Source: an uncultured Alphaproteobacteria bacterium
GTDB taxonomy: Bacteria; Pseudomonadota; Alphaproteobacteria; Rhizobiales; Xanthobacteraceae
Assembly: GCA_963778745.1 (NCBI GenBank)
Contig: CAVZVP010000007.1
Coordinates: 75,150 to 139,149, forward strand
Direction: 5' to 3'
DNA: 64,000 nt
This document shows, piece by piece, positions 38,036-49,805 of the stretch. Under the pieces are notes generated by a model. The model was not told where the DNA came from. It did not search any database and saw nothing but the letters and a program-made list of their open reading frames with translations. Made by a program: the position numbers and the translations under genes. The first letter of the stretch is position 1. Each line of letters starts with the position of its first letter.

Positions 38036-38299
38036 CACATATTGCACCGCGATAATTAGAGGCGCAAGCTTCGTAATTGATGAAGTAGCTGGTTTTGGCT
38101 GCCGGTCAAGGCTGAAAGCGCCTATCGGCAGTCGATGCCACGTAAAGCGGGGTCCCGCAGTCTCACGCATCGAAACTGTGGCGGCGCTGCTTTGACTTCT
38201 GTCAATGGATGCTGCGACGCGGACGGATAGGGCTTGCGAACCGCTCACGATCGTCGGCACGATCAACTAGCAAAGTTTGAGCGCTTCTGGAGAAGAACG

Positions 38300-38728
38300 A
38301 TGACCGAGCTTGAGGCGGGTTCGACAGCAGCACCGCGACGGCCCCGTCCGGTCTCTCCGCACTTGCAAGTCTACAAACTGATGCTGACGTTCGTGATGTC
38401 GGGGTTTCATCGCATCAGCGGCGCCGTGTTGTATTTCGGTATGCTGCTGATCGCCTGGTGGCTGATCGCGGCGGCATCCGGCCCCAACGCCTACGCCAAC
38501 TTCGAATGGTTCATGGGCAGTCTGATCGGACGGCTGGTGTTGTTCGGCTACACCTGGGCTTTGCTCCATCACATGCTCGGCGGCATCCGCCACCTGATCT
38601 GGGACCTCGGCCTCGGCTTCGAACCTACCGAGCGCGAGTTTCTGGCGCTGGCGACCATTGTCGGCTCGATCTCGCTCACGCTCATCGTCTGGGTGGTCGG
38701 CTATCTCGCCATGGGAGGCCCACGATGA
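38300..38728 (+). CDS. sdhC: succinate dehydrogenase cytochrome b556 subunit
   Basis: PVSPHLQVYKL ... HRISGAVL ... HHMLGGIRHLIWD motifs; start ATG 38300. Confidence 0.9.
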   Translation: MTELEAGSTAAPRRPRPVSPHLQVYKLMLTFVMSGFHRISGAVLYFGMLLIAWWLIAAASGPNAYANFEWFMGSLIGRLVLFGYTWALLHHMLGGIRHLIWDLGLGFEPTEREFLALATIVGSISLTLIVWVVGYLAMGGPR

Positions 38729-39114
38729 AGGATAATCAGATGCGCACGCCGATGAGCCGCGTGCGCGGGCTCGGCGCCGCTCATACCGGCACGCAAGATT
38801 TCTGGCGTCAGCGATTGACTTCGGTCGCCGGCATTCCGCTTTGCATCGCGGCGATCGTCATTGTCATCGGGCTGCTCGGGCGCAGCCACGCGGCAGTCGT
38901 GCAAATTCTCGGATCGCCGATCGTTGCGATCATCATGCTGCTGTTCATCATCAACATCGTCTACCATATGTGGATTGGCATGCAGGAGATCATCGTCGAT
39001 TACGTGCACGAGGATAAGCTCAAGCTCGCGACCTTGTTGGGCAATACGTTCTTCTGCTTTGCCATCGGTTTGGCGAGCGCCTTCGCGATCCTCAAACTCT
39101 CGTTCGGAGTTTAA
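38725..39114 (+). CDS. sdhD: succinate dehydrogenase membrane anchor subunit
   Basis: ATGA overlap with sdhC; [14 protein letters not shown] ... [15 protein letters not shown]. Confidence 0.9.
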   Translation: MKDNQMRTPMSRVRGLGAAHTGTQDFWRQRLTSVAGIPLCIAAIVIVIGLLGRSHAAVVQILGSPIVAIIMLLFIINIVYHMWIGMQEIIVDYVHEDKLKLATLLGNTFFCFAIGLASAFAILKLSFGV

Positions 39115-39119
39115 GCGTC

Positions 39120-40949
39120 ATGGCCACGAACGGAAAATCCAACGGTGCGCCTGCGGTCGGCGGCAAAGCTTACCCGATCGAGGATCACAGCTACGACGTG
39201 GTGGTGATCGGCGCCGGCGGCTCCGGCCTGCGTGCCGTGGTCGGCTGCAGCGAGGCCGGCCTGCGCACGGCCTGCATCACCAAGGTGTTCCCGACCCGCT
39301 CACACACCGTTTCCGCGCAAGGCGGCATTGCCGCCGCACTCGGCAACATGGGCGAGGACGACTGGCGCTGGCACATGTACGACACCGTCAAGGGCTCCGA
39401 CTGGCTCGGTGACCAGGACGCCATCGAATATCTCTGCCGCAACGCGCCGAACGCGGTGTACGAGCTGGAGCACTGGGGCCTGCCGTTCTCACGCCGGGAA
39501 GACGGCAAGATCTATCAGCGCCCGTTCGGCGGCATGACCACGCATTACGGCAAGGGCACCGCGCAGCGCACTTGCGCCGCCGCCGACCGCACCGGCCACG
39601 CTATGCTGCACACCATGTACGGCCAGGCGTTGCGTCATTCCGCGGAATTCTACGTCGAATATTTCGCCATCGACCTGATCAAGGACGAGGAGGGCCGCTG
39701 CCGCGGGGTGGTGGCGCTCAATATGGACGACGGCACCATCCACCGCTTCAGCGCCAATATGGTCATCATCGCCACCGGCGGCTATGGCCGTATCTACTTC
39801 ACCTGCACCGGCGCTCACGCCCAAACCGGCGATGGTAATGCCATGGTGCTGCGCGCCGGCTTGCCGTTGCAGGATATGGAATTCGTGCAATTCCATCCGA
39901 CCGGCATCTATGGCGCCGGCTGCCTGATCACCGAAGGCTCACGCGGCGAAGGCGGCTATCTGGTCAATTCCGAAGGCGAGCGCTTCATGGAGCGCTACGC
40001 GCCGTCGGCCAAGGACCTCGCCTCGCGCGACGTGGTCTCGCGTTCGATGACTATTGAGATCCGCGAGGGGCGCGGGGTCGGCAAGGACAAGGACCACATC
40101 TACCTACACCTCGACCATCTCGACCCCAAGATCCTGCACGAGCGGTTGCCGGGGATTGCGGACCTGGCGCGCATCTTCGCGGGCGTCGACATCACGCACG
40201 AACCGATTCCAGTGTTGCCGACCGCGCACTACAACATGGGCGGCATTCCCACCAATTTCCACGGCGAGGCACTGACCAAGAAGAACGGTAATGCCGATAC
40301 CGTGATCCCGGGCCTGATGGCGCTGGGTGAGGCGGCTTGCGTCTCGGTGCACGGCGCCAACCGGCTCGGCTCGAATTCGCTGATCGATCTCGTGGTGTTC
40401 GGCCGCGCCGCCGCTCTGCGCTGCGCCGAACTACTTAAGCCCGGCGACAAACAGCCCGACTTGCCGAAGGATTCCGCCGAGTACGCGCTCACTCGGCTCG
40501 ACAAGTATCGCAATGCCTCCGGCGGCACGCCGACCGCGCAGTTGCGGCTCAGAATGCAGAAGGTGATGCAGAACAATTGCACAGTGTTCCGCACCGGCGA
40601 GGTGCTGGACGAAGGCCACAAGCTGATCCATGACGTCCACGCCGCCATGGCCGACCTCCACGTCACCGACCGTTCGCTGATCTGGAATTCCGATCTGATC
40701 GAGACGCTCGAACTTGACAACCTGATGGCGCAAGCCGTCGTCACCATGGATTCGGCGAAGAACCGCACCGAAAGCCGCGGCGCCCATGCGCGCGAGGACT
40801 TCCCCAATCGCGACGACAAGGACTGGATGAAGCACACGCTGGCGTGGATGGACGACAAGGGCAAGGTGAAAATCGACTACCGCCCGGTGCATACCTACAC
40901 GCTCACCAACGACGTTGCCTACGTCGAACCAAAGGCCCGCGTCTACTGA
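39120..40949 (+). CDS. sdhA: succinate dehydrogenase flavoprotein subunit
   Basis: 609 aa; [24 protein letters not shown] (FAD-His), [15 protein letters not shown]. Confidence 0.97.
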   Translation: MATNGKSNGAPAVGGKAYPIEDHSYDVVVIGAGGSGLRAVVGCSEAGLRTACITKVFPTRSHTVSAQGGIAAALGNMGEDDWRWHMYDTVKGSDWLGDQDAIEYLCRNAPNAVYELEHWGLPFSRREDGKIYQRPFGGMTTHYGKGTAQRTCAAADRTGHAMLHTMYGQALRHSAEFYVEYFAIDLIKDEEGRCRGVVALNMDDGTIHRFSANMVIIATGGYGRIYFTCTGAHAQTGDGNAMVLRAGLPLQDMEFVQFHPTGIYGAGCLITEGSRGEGGYLVNSEGERFMERYAPSAKDLASRDVVSRSMTIEIREGRGVGKDKDHIYLHLDHLDPKILHERLPGIADLARIFAGVDITHEPIPVLPTAHYNMGGIPTNFHGEALTKKNGNADTVIPGLMALGEAACVSVHGANRLGSNSLIDLVVFGRAAALRCAELLKPGDKQPDLPKDSAEYALTRLDKYRNASGGTPTAQLRLRMQKVMQNNCTVFRTGEVLDEGHKLIHDVHAAMADLHVTDRSLIWNSDLIETLELDNLMAQAVVTMDSAKNRTESRGAHAREDFPNRDDKDWMKHTLAWMDDKGKVKIDYRPVHTYTLTNDVAYVEPKARVY

Positions 40950-40988
40950 CGCGAGACGGCCCCCTGACCCAAAACGCGGATAGTCGAC

Positions 40989-41768
40989 ATGGTTGAATTT
41001 ACGCTACCGAAGAACTCCAAGATCACGCAAGGGAAGACTTGGCCGCATGCGCCCGGGGCCACGCATGAAACCGAGTTCCGCATCTACCGCTGGAACCCGG
41101 ATAACGGGGAAAATCCGCGCGTCGACACCTATTACGTCAATCGCGACGACTGCGCGCCGATGGTTCTCGACGCGCTGATCTGGATCAAGAACAACATCGA
41201 CCCGACGCTCACCTTCCGCCGCTCCTGCCGCGAGGGCGTGTGCGGCTCCTGCGCCATGAACATCGACGGCACCAATACGCTCGCCTGCACCAAGGCGATG
41301 GACGACGCCAAGGCGCCGGTGCGGATTTATCCGCTGCCGCACCAGCCGGTGGTGAAGGACCTGGTGGCGGATCTGAAGAATTTCTACGCGCAATACGCCT
41401 CTATCGAGCCCTGGCTGCACACCACGACTCCGACGCCCGAGAAGGAATGGAAGCAGAGTCACGAGGACCGCACCAAGCTCGACGGCATGTACGAGTGCAT
41501 CCTGTGCGCCTGCTGCTCGACCTCGTGCCCGAGCTACTGGTGGAATTCGGATCGCTATCTCGGTCCGGCGGCGCTGCTGCAGGCCAATCGCTGGGTGCAG
41601 GACAGCCGCGACGAGGCGACCGGCGAACGGCTCGACAATCTCGAGGATCCGTTCCGGCTCTATCGCTGCCACACCATCATGAACTGCTCGAAGGCCTGCC
41701 CGAAGGGCCTCAACCCGGCGAAGGAAATCGCCGTGTTGAAGAAGGCGATGGTCGACCGGCAAGCTTGA
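40989..41768 (+). CDS. sdhB: succinate dehydrogenase iron-sulfur subunit
   Basis: 259 aa; three Cys clusters [33 protein letters not shown]. Confidence 0.97.
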   Translation: MVEFTLPKNSKITQGKTWPHAPGATHETEFRIYRWNPDNGENPRVDTYYVNRDDCAPMVLDALIWIKNNIDPTLTFRRSCREGVCGSCAMNIDGTNTLACTKAMDDAKAPVRIYPLPHQPVVKDLVADLKNFYAQYASIEPWLHTTTPTPEKEWKQSHEDRTKLDGMYECILCACCSTSCPSYWWNSDRYLGPAALLQANRWVQDSRDEATGERLDNLEDPFRLYRCHTIMNCSKACPKGLNPAKEIAVLKKAMVDRQA

Positions 41769-41776
41769 GGCTTCGT

Positions 41777-41823
41777 GTCCCGGGCGCGGCGCTGCGTGAA
41801 ATGACGCGCTGCAGACCCGGGAT
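41777..41823. repeat. imperfect palindromic intergenic element (GTCCCGGG ... CCCGGGAT)
   Basis: Outer arms TCCCGGG/CCCGGGA pair; inner part GC-rich and partly self-complementary; lies just after the sdhB stop. Confidence 0.4.
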
Positions 41824-41880
41824 CGTTGCAAATTCCGAATTTGTAAATGACTCGGAACGGCGGCGCACGACTGCGCCGGC

Positions 41881-42300
41881 CTAATTACATTTGTGCTCGG
41901 ACAGGCAAAGCTTCTCCAGCTCGGGATACGGATTGTAGGCGGCCTTGCCGCACTGCTCCTTGGTCGCATCGACCAGTTGATTCAAATGGCCTCCGTAAAA
42001 ATAAGCGATGCGGTCTTTGCTGCCCGGATAGTTGCGCTGGTAATCCCGTGAATTGGAGCGAATGCAGACGGCGTAGCGGCTGTCCTTGCCGACCGGGACC
42101 AAAGCCGGCTCAGTAATAAAGGCATCGCGCACATTGGTCGGATCGATGAGGACATGCATGAGCGAGTTGATGATTTCCTGCTTGTATTGCGCAGGAAATA
42201 TATTCGGATCGACTTCGTCGGCTTTCTTGTCGCCCGCGCAACTCGCCAGCGCGCCGGCAACGATCGCGATCAGGAACCAGTTTCCGGCTGGCCGGCTCAT
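41881..42300 (-). CDS. lipoprotein, function unknown
   Basis: Only the last 139 codons of ORF 41881..43476 are coding: MSRPAGNWFLIAIVAGALASC lipobox, lower-GC K/N/Y-rich mature part. Confidence 0.6.
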   Translation of the reverse strand: MSRPAGNWFLIAIVAGALASCAGDKKADEVDPNIFPAQYKQEIINSLMHVLIDPTNVRDAFITEPALVPVGKDSRYAVCIRSNSRDYQRNYPGSKDRIAYFYGGHLNQLVDATKEQCGKAAYNPYPELEKLCLSEHKCN

Positions 42301-42311
42301 CGGAACTCCGC

Positions 42312-43547
<1,236 letters not shown>

Positions 43548-43634
43548 ACGATGCCGGTCCCTGCGCCTGACCGTCCTTAAATCATTGAAAGCGCGGGGAC
43601 TATAGGCGGAATGACCGCCCGTGCAAGACGGGCC

Positions 43635-43955
43635 CTACTTGGTTACGTCCTCATAGACGTCCATATCCGCGCTGCCTTGCAGAATGGCGCGCCAGCCTTG
43701 TAGGAACGTGCGCACCATCGGGTCGCTCGCCACCTTGTGGCGGTTGAGTTCGAGCGCGGAGTGCGCCGCATATTCGATTTCGACCAGGAGCTGAGCGCGG
43801 TCGTCGACATTCTGCAGCACACGGAAGCTGGCGCCGCCGAGCGTCCGGTAGAACGGCGCAGCGCTTTGGATAAGCGCGAGCACCTGCGCCGGGTCACCCA
43901 GCGCCCGCATCTTGATTTGCAGTACCCGTCTGATGTCTTCCTCAGGCTCTGCCAC
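43635..43955 (-). CDS. hypothetical protein (small alpha+beta)
   Basis: 106-aa ORF with balanced composition; no recognisable motif. Confidence 0.45.
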   Translation of the reverse strand: MAEPEEDIRRVLQIKMRALGDPAQVLALIQSAAPFYRTLGGASFRVLQNVDDRAQLLVEIEYAAHSALELNRHKVASDPMVRTFLQGWRAILQGSADMDVYEDVTK

Positions 43956-44091
43956 AGGCTCCTCCCAGCGCGAATCGGCGCGATTTTAGCATTGCGCGGG
44001 CCGATGCTGTCATGAAAGCGTAACACGGACCGTCGTCAGTGGGACAAATGCCGTCACAATCCACAACGGCTGGCTGGGCAACCTTACTCGG

Positions 44092-44862
44092 TCAGAGTTC
44101 GGTTTTTCGCTTCCGCAATCCGACAATGAAATCGTGGCCGGGCAGCGCGAAGCGCTCGATGGCGCGCTCGACGGCCTCGTCGCTGAGCCGCGTGCGCGGC
44201 CAGCGATAGATCAGACCGTGCACCACCCAGATGATCAGGAAGGTGAACACTCCGGCGAATATGGTGTCGCTGAAGAAGTGCGCTCCCACCATGATGCGCA
44301 CCGCCGCCATGCCGATACCCAGCGCCAGTGCCCCGCCATAGGCGAGCGCCCGCCAGGGCGGCGGCACGAGTGTCGCCGGTGCGATGGTCCAGAACGCGCC
44401 GGAGACGTCGCCGGAGACGAAGGAACAGTTGCCGGGGCAGTCGCCGCGCGGATCCCACCAGGCGACGAAATGCAAGGGGCCGCCGAATTGCGTCACCTCG
44501 ATCGGCCGCGGGCGGGCCCAGTGATCCTTCAGGATGATATTGGCGACGAGCCCCGGTCCGAGCGCAAGCGTCGCCATCAGGAACAGAATTGCGCGGCCTG
44601 ACAGCAAAAGCCGGCGGCGTGGCAGAAGCAGTTTGAATGCCAGCGCCGCGACGACCGGGATGATGATCGCGGTCCCCACCCATAGTCCGATGTCGCGCGC
44701 GAGCTGCAGAGGTTGCGAGAGGCGCAGCGAGAAATTGTAGCCGTTTTCCACCATCGCGTTGAACGGCGCGGAGATCATCAGATCGAGCTGCGGAAATAGC
44801 CCGAACACCACGCCGACCACAGCGGCCAGGCCAAGCGCAACAATCAGTCCGGACCGGTTCAT
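44092..44862 (-). CDS. PAP2-family membrane phosphatase
   Basis: Start MNRSGLIVALG (44862); acid-phosphatase motifs KDHWARPRP, SFVSGD, VRIMVGAHFFSD. Confidence 0.75.
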   Translation of the reverse strand: MNRSGLIVALGLAAVVGVVFGLFPQLDLMISAPFNAMVENGYNFSLRLSQPLQLARDIGLWVGTAIIIPVVAALAFKLLLPRRRLLLSGRAILFLMATLALGPGLVANIILKDHWARPRPIEVTQFGGPLHFVAWWDPRGDCPGNCSFVSGDVSGAFWTIAPATLVPPPWRALAYGGALALGIGMAAVRIMVGAHFFSDTIFAGVFTFLIIWVVHGLIYRWPRTRLSDEAVERAIERFALPGHDFIVGLRKRKTEL

Positions 44863-44917
44863 GGTTTTTTCCGTAAGCGCGGCCTGCGGTCTAGCCGAGC
44901 AAGGCCGCAAAGGGAAG

Positions 44918-45364
44918 TCAGCGGCCGCGCCACCGGCCGGCATTGCGGCCGGCTATCAGCCAATAGGTAAAACCGAACACCACGCCGACCGCGGCCGCGA
45001 TCTCGGCCTCGCGTGAAATCGGCGGCGGCGGTCGGTCGATCGATTCCTCGTAAGTTGCGGTCAAGCCCGCGCTGTAATAGCCGAGCAGCAGGATGGCGGC
45101 GCCGGCCGCCGTATGGATCAGGAGCGAGCGGAAGGAAAACGCTTCGGCCAGCACGACGGCGATCAGAATGGGCAAAAAACCGACCATGACGGTAACGCCG
45201 GAGGCAAAGGCCGCGGTGAGCCAGAAGAACGCGTGCTCGACCGGATCGGGACCGAGGATGTGCAGTTCGAGACCGAGCAAAGCGATGGCGGCGGCGATGC
45301 CGCCGGCCGCCGTCGCCATGAACAAGGCGAAAAGGATCACGATGATGCGACCAAGAAGCGCCAC
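44918..45364 (-). CDS. hypothetical membrane protein
   Basis: 148 aa, 4 hydrophobic segments. Confidence 0.5.
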   Translation of the reverse strand: MALLGRIIVILFALFMATAAGGIAAAIALLGLELHILGPDPVEHAFFWLTAAFASGVTVMVGFLPILIAVVLAEAFSFRSLLIHTAAGAAILLLGYYSAGLTATYEESIDRPPPPISREAEIAAAVGVVFGFTYWLIAGRNAGRWRGR

Positions 45365-45367
45365 CGG

Positions 45368-46600
45368 TTAGTCCGTCATCGCCATGGCGCGCAACGCCAT
45401 GCGTTCGCGCGCGGAGAGCTTCTCGGTCGCGCTCTTGAGCTGGCCGCAGGCCGCCAGAATATCGCGGCCGCGCGGTGTGCGCACCGGCGAGGCATAACCG
45501 GCGTCGAACACCACTTGCGAGAATTTTTCGATCTGCTCCCAATCGGAACATTCGTATTTACTGCCCGGCCAGGGATTAAACGGAATGAGATTGATCTTGG
45601 CCGGAATGCCTTTGAGCAAGCGCACCAGCGTTTTGGCATCGTCGATCGAATCGTTGACGCCCTTGAGCATGACGTATTCAAAGGTGATGCGTTTGGCATT
45701 GGAGGCTCCCGGATAGTTGCGGCAGGCGTCGAGCAATTGTGCGATCGGATATTTGCGGTTGAGCGGCACCAGTTCGTTGCGCAACTCGTCGCGCACCGCG
45801 TGCAGCGACACCGCCAGCATGCAGCCGATCTCGGCGCCGGCACGCTCGATATTCGGCACCACGCCCGAAGTGGAGAGCGTAATGCGGCGCTTGGAGATGG
45901 CGATGCCGTCGCCGTCGGCGACGATCAGCAGCGCATCGCGTACGGCATCGAGATTGTAGAGCGGTTCGCCCATGCCCATCATCACGACATTGGTGATGCA
46001 GCGGTCGCCGGTCGGGATAACGCCATCCGTTGGCCGCACGGCGCCCGGCCAATCTCCCAAGCGATCCCGCGCCATCATCACCTGGCCGACGATCTCGTCG
46101 GCCGTGAGATTGCGCACCAGGCGCTGGGTGCCGGTATGGCAGAACGAGCAGGTGAGCGTGCAGCCGACCTGACTGGAGACGCAGAGCGTGCCGCGCTCGG
46201 TGTCGGGGATGTAGACGCATTCGACTTCATGCGGACGTTCGCCTTGCGTCTCGCCCGGCAGACGCAGCAGCCATTTGCGCGTGCCGTCGACCGAGATCTG
46301 CTCGGCCACCACTTCGGACCGATCGAGCGTGAAGCGCTCGCTGAGCACCGCGCGCAATTCCTTCGAGACGCTGGTCATAGCGTCGAACGAGGTGGGGCCG
46401 CGGAAATAGATCCAGTGCCAAAGCTGCTGCACACGCATCTTGCGCTGCGCTTCCGGCACGCCGATCGCGCCCAAGAGCGCGGCGAGCTGCGCGCGCGTGA
46501 GACCGACCAGCGACGGCTTGTCCGGCGCCACATAGCGCTCAAGCGGCGTCTTCTCGATGAAAGGCGCCGCGGCCGGTGTGATTTCGTTTGCGCTTGTCAT
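45368..46600 (-). CDS. rlmN: 23S rRNA/tRNA (adenine-C2)-methyltransferase RlmN
   Basis: 410 aa; [17 protein letters not shown] radical-SAM motif, MGMGEPL, C-terminal catalytic Cys context DILAACGQL. Confidence 0.95.
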   Translation of the reverse strand: MTSANEITPAAAPFIEKTPLERYVAPDKPSLVGLTRAQLAALLGAIGVPEAQRKMRVQQLWHWIYFRGPTSFDAMTSVSKELRAVLSERFTLDRSEVVAEQISVDGTRKWLLRLPGETQGERPHEVECVYIPDTERGTLCVSSQVGCTLTCSFCHTGTQRLVRNLTADEIVGQVMMARDRLGDWPGAVRPTDGVIPTGDRCITNVVMMGMGEPLYNLDAVRDALLIVADGDGIAISKRRITLSTSGVVPNIERAGAEIGCMLAVSLHAVRDELRNELVPLNRKYPIAQLLDACRNYPGASNAKRITFEYVMLKGVNDSIDDAKTLVRLLKGIPAKINLIPFNPWPGSKYECSDWEQIEKFSQVVFDAGYASPVRTPRGRDILAACGQLKSATEKLSARERMALRAMAMTD

Positions 46601-46660
46601 GGGCTCCGGTCGTCATATCCGCTCGCGGCGGCATTGACGACAATATAGGGCGCGGACGGC

Positions 46661-47266
46661 CTACTTACACTCCTCCGCCACCTTGTCGAGCGCTGGGCCT
46701 AACCCCTTCAACGAATAGGTATCAGTGGTCTTGGTGCCGTGCGAGGACACGCTTTTGACCACCAAGTCGGCGCCCTTGCGCATGGCCTCGACCATTTGCG
46801 CTTCTTCGGCGGCGTTCTTGACCCAGGCGCCGTCGTTCTCAATGTACATCATGTAGCGAGCCGAACCGATGGTAGCGCTCGCATCGACGCCGGGCTTCTG
46901 CGGATAGCCGACGATCATCGACACCTCATTTCTCACCTTCTCGGCCGGACGGGTCGAGACGAAGGCATAGGACGGATCGCGTTTTCGCCCCGCCGGTTCG
47001 GTCGCCGCCGAGGCCGGCTTCGCCAGCGCGAAGCAAACCTTCTTGCCGCCGGGCGTCGCTGCGTAGGCGCCCCAGTCGCCGAATTGGCCGAGCAGCACCG
47101 CCTGTTCGGTGGGTTCGGCCTTCGGCGGTTTTTTCTGCGCTTCAACAGCCGGCTTCTTCTGAGCCGGCTTGGGTTGCTGGGTCTGCGCATAGGCCGCTGT
47201 GCCACAAACCATGGCGGCGGCGGTCAGCATTGCAATCGCGGGGCTTTGCCAAAACTTCTTCGTCAT
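46661..47266 (-). CDS. invasion-associated locus B (IalB) family protein
   Basis: Signal peptide, Pro/Lys-rich linker, FGDWGAY...KKVCFALAKP core. Confidence 0.7.
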   Translation of the reverse strand: MTKKFWQSPAIAMLTAAAMVCGTAAYAQTQQPKPAQKKPAVEAQKKPPKAEPTEQAVLLGQFGDWGAYAATPGGKKVCFALAKPASAATEPAGRKRDPSYAFVSTRPAEKVRNEVSMIVGYPQKPGVDASATIGSARYMMYIENDGAWVKNAAEEAQMVEAMRKGADLVVKSVSSHGTKTTDTYSLKGLGPALDKVAEECK

Positions 47267-47473
47267 CGGGCCCTACCGGTTGCAGTGAATGACGGCGGTC
47301 ACGCCGCCCCCTTAAAGAACAGCTGGATATTAGCTCGTTAGAGGCGAATATCGACAAGGTGAAGGCGGCAATCCGGCGCCCCCGCGAAACTATAGACTTA
47401 AACTTGGCGCCGCCAAACCTGCCAAAGAGCGTGCTAGATAGCTTGGCACACCGATGTATTCAACCGAGCGACC

Positions 47474-48448
47474 ATGAAAGCACTGCTCTGCACGCGCCTG
47501 GGAACGCCCGACGACCTTGAACTCGTCGAGCTTGCCGACCCCACGCCCGGTCCGGGCGAAGCGGTGGTGCGCGTCAAGGCGGCGGCGCTGAACTTCTTCG
47601 ATAATCTGATCATCGCCGGCAAATACCAGCACAAGCCGGCGTTCCCGTTCTCGCCCGCGGCCGAGTTTGCTGGCGAAGTCGAATCCGTCGGCGACTGCGT
47701 CGCCGGGTTTTCGCCGGGCGACCGCGTCATCGGTAACATTGGCTGGGGCGCCGCGCGCGAGAAGGTCGCCGTCGAGGCCTCAAAGCTCGTTGCCATGCCG
47801 ACGGGTCTGGATTTCGACCGCGCCGCCGGCCTCACCGTCACCTACGGCACCACGATGCACGCGCTCAATGACCGGGCCAAACTCAAGCCGGGCGAGACAC
47901 TGGCCGTGCTGGGTGCCGCCGGCGGCACCGGCCTCGCCGCGGTCGAGATCGGCAAACTCATGGGGGCGCGCGTCATCGCCTGCGCATCGTCCGATAAAAA
48001 AGTTGCCTTCGCGCGTCAGCATGGCGCCGATGATGGGGTGAATTATGCCGCATCTGATCTCAAGAACGCGCTGCGTCAGCTGACCGGCAGCAAGGGCGTC
48101 AGCGTGGTCTACGATCCGATTGGCGGCGCGCAGGGCGAAGCAGCATTGCGCGGCATGGATTGGGGCGGGCGCTATTTGGTGATCGGCTTTGCCGCCGGCG
48201 ACATGCCGAAACTGCCGCTCAATCTGGTGCTGCTGCGTAGCTATGACGTGATCGGCGTCTACTGGGGCGCCTGGATCCTGCGTGACCCGCAAGGCCATCG
48301 CGCCAACATGACGCAAATCCTCGATTGGTGCGCGCAGGGCAAATTGTCGTCACACGTGCACGCGGTTTATCCGCTCAAGGAAGCGCCGGCCGCGCTCAAG
48401 GCGATCGCTGCCCGCCAGGTGATGGGCAAGGCAATCTTGCGGCCTTAA
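47474..48448 (+). CDS. NADPH:quinone oxidoreductase (MDR/zeta-crystallin family)
   Basis: 324 aa; GETLAVLGAAGGTGLAAVEIGKLMGARVIA nucleotide-binding motif. Confidence 0.85.
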   Translation: MKALLCTRLGTPDDLELVELADPTPGPGEAVVRVKAAALNFFDNLIIAGKYQHKPAFPFSPAAEFAGEVESVGDCVAGFSPGDRVIGNIGWGAAREKVAVEASKLVAMPTGLDFDRAAGLTVTYGTTMHALNDRAKLKPGETLAVLGAAGGTGLAAVEIGKLMGARVIACASSDKKVAFARQHGADDGVNYAASDLKNALRQLTGSKGVSVVYDPIGGAQGEAALRGMDWGGRYLVIGFAAGDMPKLPLNLVLLRSYDVIGVYWGAWILRDPQGHRANMTQILDWCAQGKLSSHVHAVYPLKEAPAALKAIAARQVMGKAILRP

Positions 48449-48816
48449 AGCTTTGCCAAGGCGTCGCGCGCCGCCTGACGATGAATCGGGGTTATGTGCG
48501 TGGCTACCAGATTGACCGCGGCCGCCAGCACCGCGGCATCATCGGTGAAGCCAATCACCGGCAGCACGTCGGGAATGGCATCGACCGGCAGGATGAAATA
48601 GGCGAGCGCGCCGACCAGCGTCGCCTTCACCGGCAGCGGCGTATCGCGGTCGAAGGCGCAGTAATAGGCGGCGAGCAAATCCTCGGCGAACGGAATTTGC
48701 GCGAAGACGCGCTGCAGCTTGCGCCAGAAACTGCGGCGCAGGGCGCTCTCATCGTCCTCATTGTTTTGCCAGAAGTCGCTGCGTGCGAATGCCATCGCAT
48801 TAATGTGGGCGGCCAA
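48445..48816 (-). CDS. YkvA/DUF1232 family membrane protein
   Basis: GALAYFILPVDAIPDVLPVIGFTDDAAVL is the DUF1232 signature. Confidence 0.65.
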   Translation of the reverse strand: MAAHINAMAFARSDFWQNNEDDESALRRSFWRKLQRVFAQIPFAEDLLAAYYCAFDRDTPLPVKATLVGALAYFILPVDAIPDVLPVIGFTDDAAVLAAAVNLVATHITPIHRQAARDALAKL

Positions 48817-48834
48817 AACGGCCGCCGCAAGGTG

Positions 48835-49419
48835 CTAGGCGGCGCGCGCAATGAGCCGCTGGATTGTGCCGTCGGCCGCCCGCGCGACCGTTCCATCAAA
48901 CAGAATCTCCTGCCCGGCCAAGGCGCGGCGCACATGATCGCTAACATAGGCCGTGAACAGCCGGCCATCCTTTTCGCGGCGGTCGGCATTCTCGGTTATG
49001 CGGAAGCTCATGTAAATCACGCCGCCCGGCTTGAGGATCTCCAGCATACGGCCGACCGCCGGCGCAATTTCCTCGCGCGGCAAATGCATGATGACGGTCT
49101 CGCAGCATACATTGTCGAAATGCCCCGCCGGAATTCCGCTCAACTCGGGCAGCGTGACCTTGTTGTATTCGATGTGCGGAAAGCGGGCGCGCGCTTGCGC
49201 CAAAAGGCCCTCCGACAGGTCATAACCGAAGGTCGGGAATCCGTTGGCAGTAAGCCAGGCCGCATCGCGTCCGCTGCCTGAACCGATATCGGCGGTGAGG
49301 CCGGGCCGGAAAAATTGCCGGAACAGCGCATACAAATCGGCCGGTTCATTCTCGGTGAGCCAGCGCTGCACAAAGGCCGGCGCTGCCGAGTCATAGGTGG
49401 CAAGCGTTGTCTTATCCAT
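48835..49419 (-). CDS. class I SAM-dependent methyltransferase
   Basis: 194 aa; motif I ADIGSGSGRDAAWL, motif post-I/II present. Confidence 0.75.
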   Translation of the reverse strand: MDKTTLATYDSAAPAFVQRWLTENEPADLYALFRQFFRPGLTADIGSGSGRDAAWLTANGFPTFGYDLSEGLLAQARARFPHIEYNKVTLPELSGIPAGHFDNVCCETVIMHLPREEIAPAVGRMLEILKPGGVIYMSFRITENADRREKDGRLFTAYVSDHVRRALAGQEILFDGTVARAADGTIQRLIARAA

Positions 49420-49421
49420 GC

Positions 49422-49712
49422 TCAGCCGGCGAGTTTATCCATCGTCTCGGCGAGCTTGATGTCAAGTTCGGTCACCCCGCCGGCGTCGTGGGTCGACAGC
49501 GTCACCTCGACGGTCTTGTAGACGTTGAACCACTCCGGATGGTGGTCCATTTTTTCCGCCACCAGCGCCGCCCGCGTCATGAAGCCGAAGGCCTGGTTGA
49601 AATCCTTGAACACGAATTTCTTGGCGATCGCGTCACGGCCGGCCACCTCGGACCAGCCGGCGAGCTTGCCCAAGGCGGCCCTGCGGGCGTCTGCAGTCAA
49701 TTTCTGCGCCAT
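49422..49712 (-). CDS. phhB: pterin-4-alpha-carbinolamine dehydratase
   Basis: 96 aa; [27 protein letters not shown] signature. Confidence 0.9.
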   Translation of the reverse strand: MAQKLTADARRAALGKLAGWSEVAGRDAIAKKFVFKDFNQAFGFMTRAALVAEKMDHHPEWFNVYKTVEVTLSTHDAGGVTELDIKLAETMDKLAG

Positions 49713-49805
49713 GACATTGCCCTCCTAGGCGAACGCGCAACCCTCGCAAAGGGTCCGCCGCGATATTACCTCTTAAGCGGCAATCCCGACCATATGAGGC
49801 ATTTC

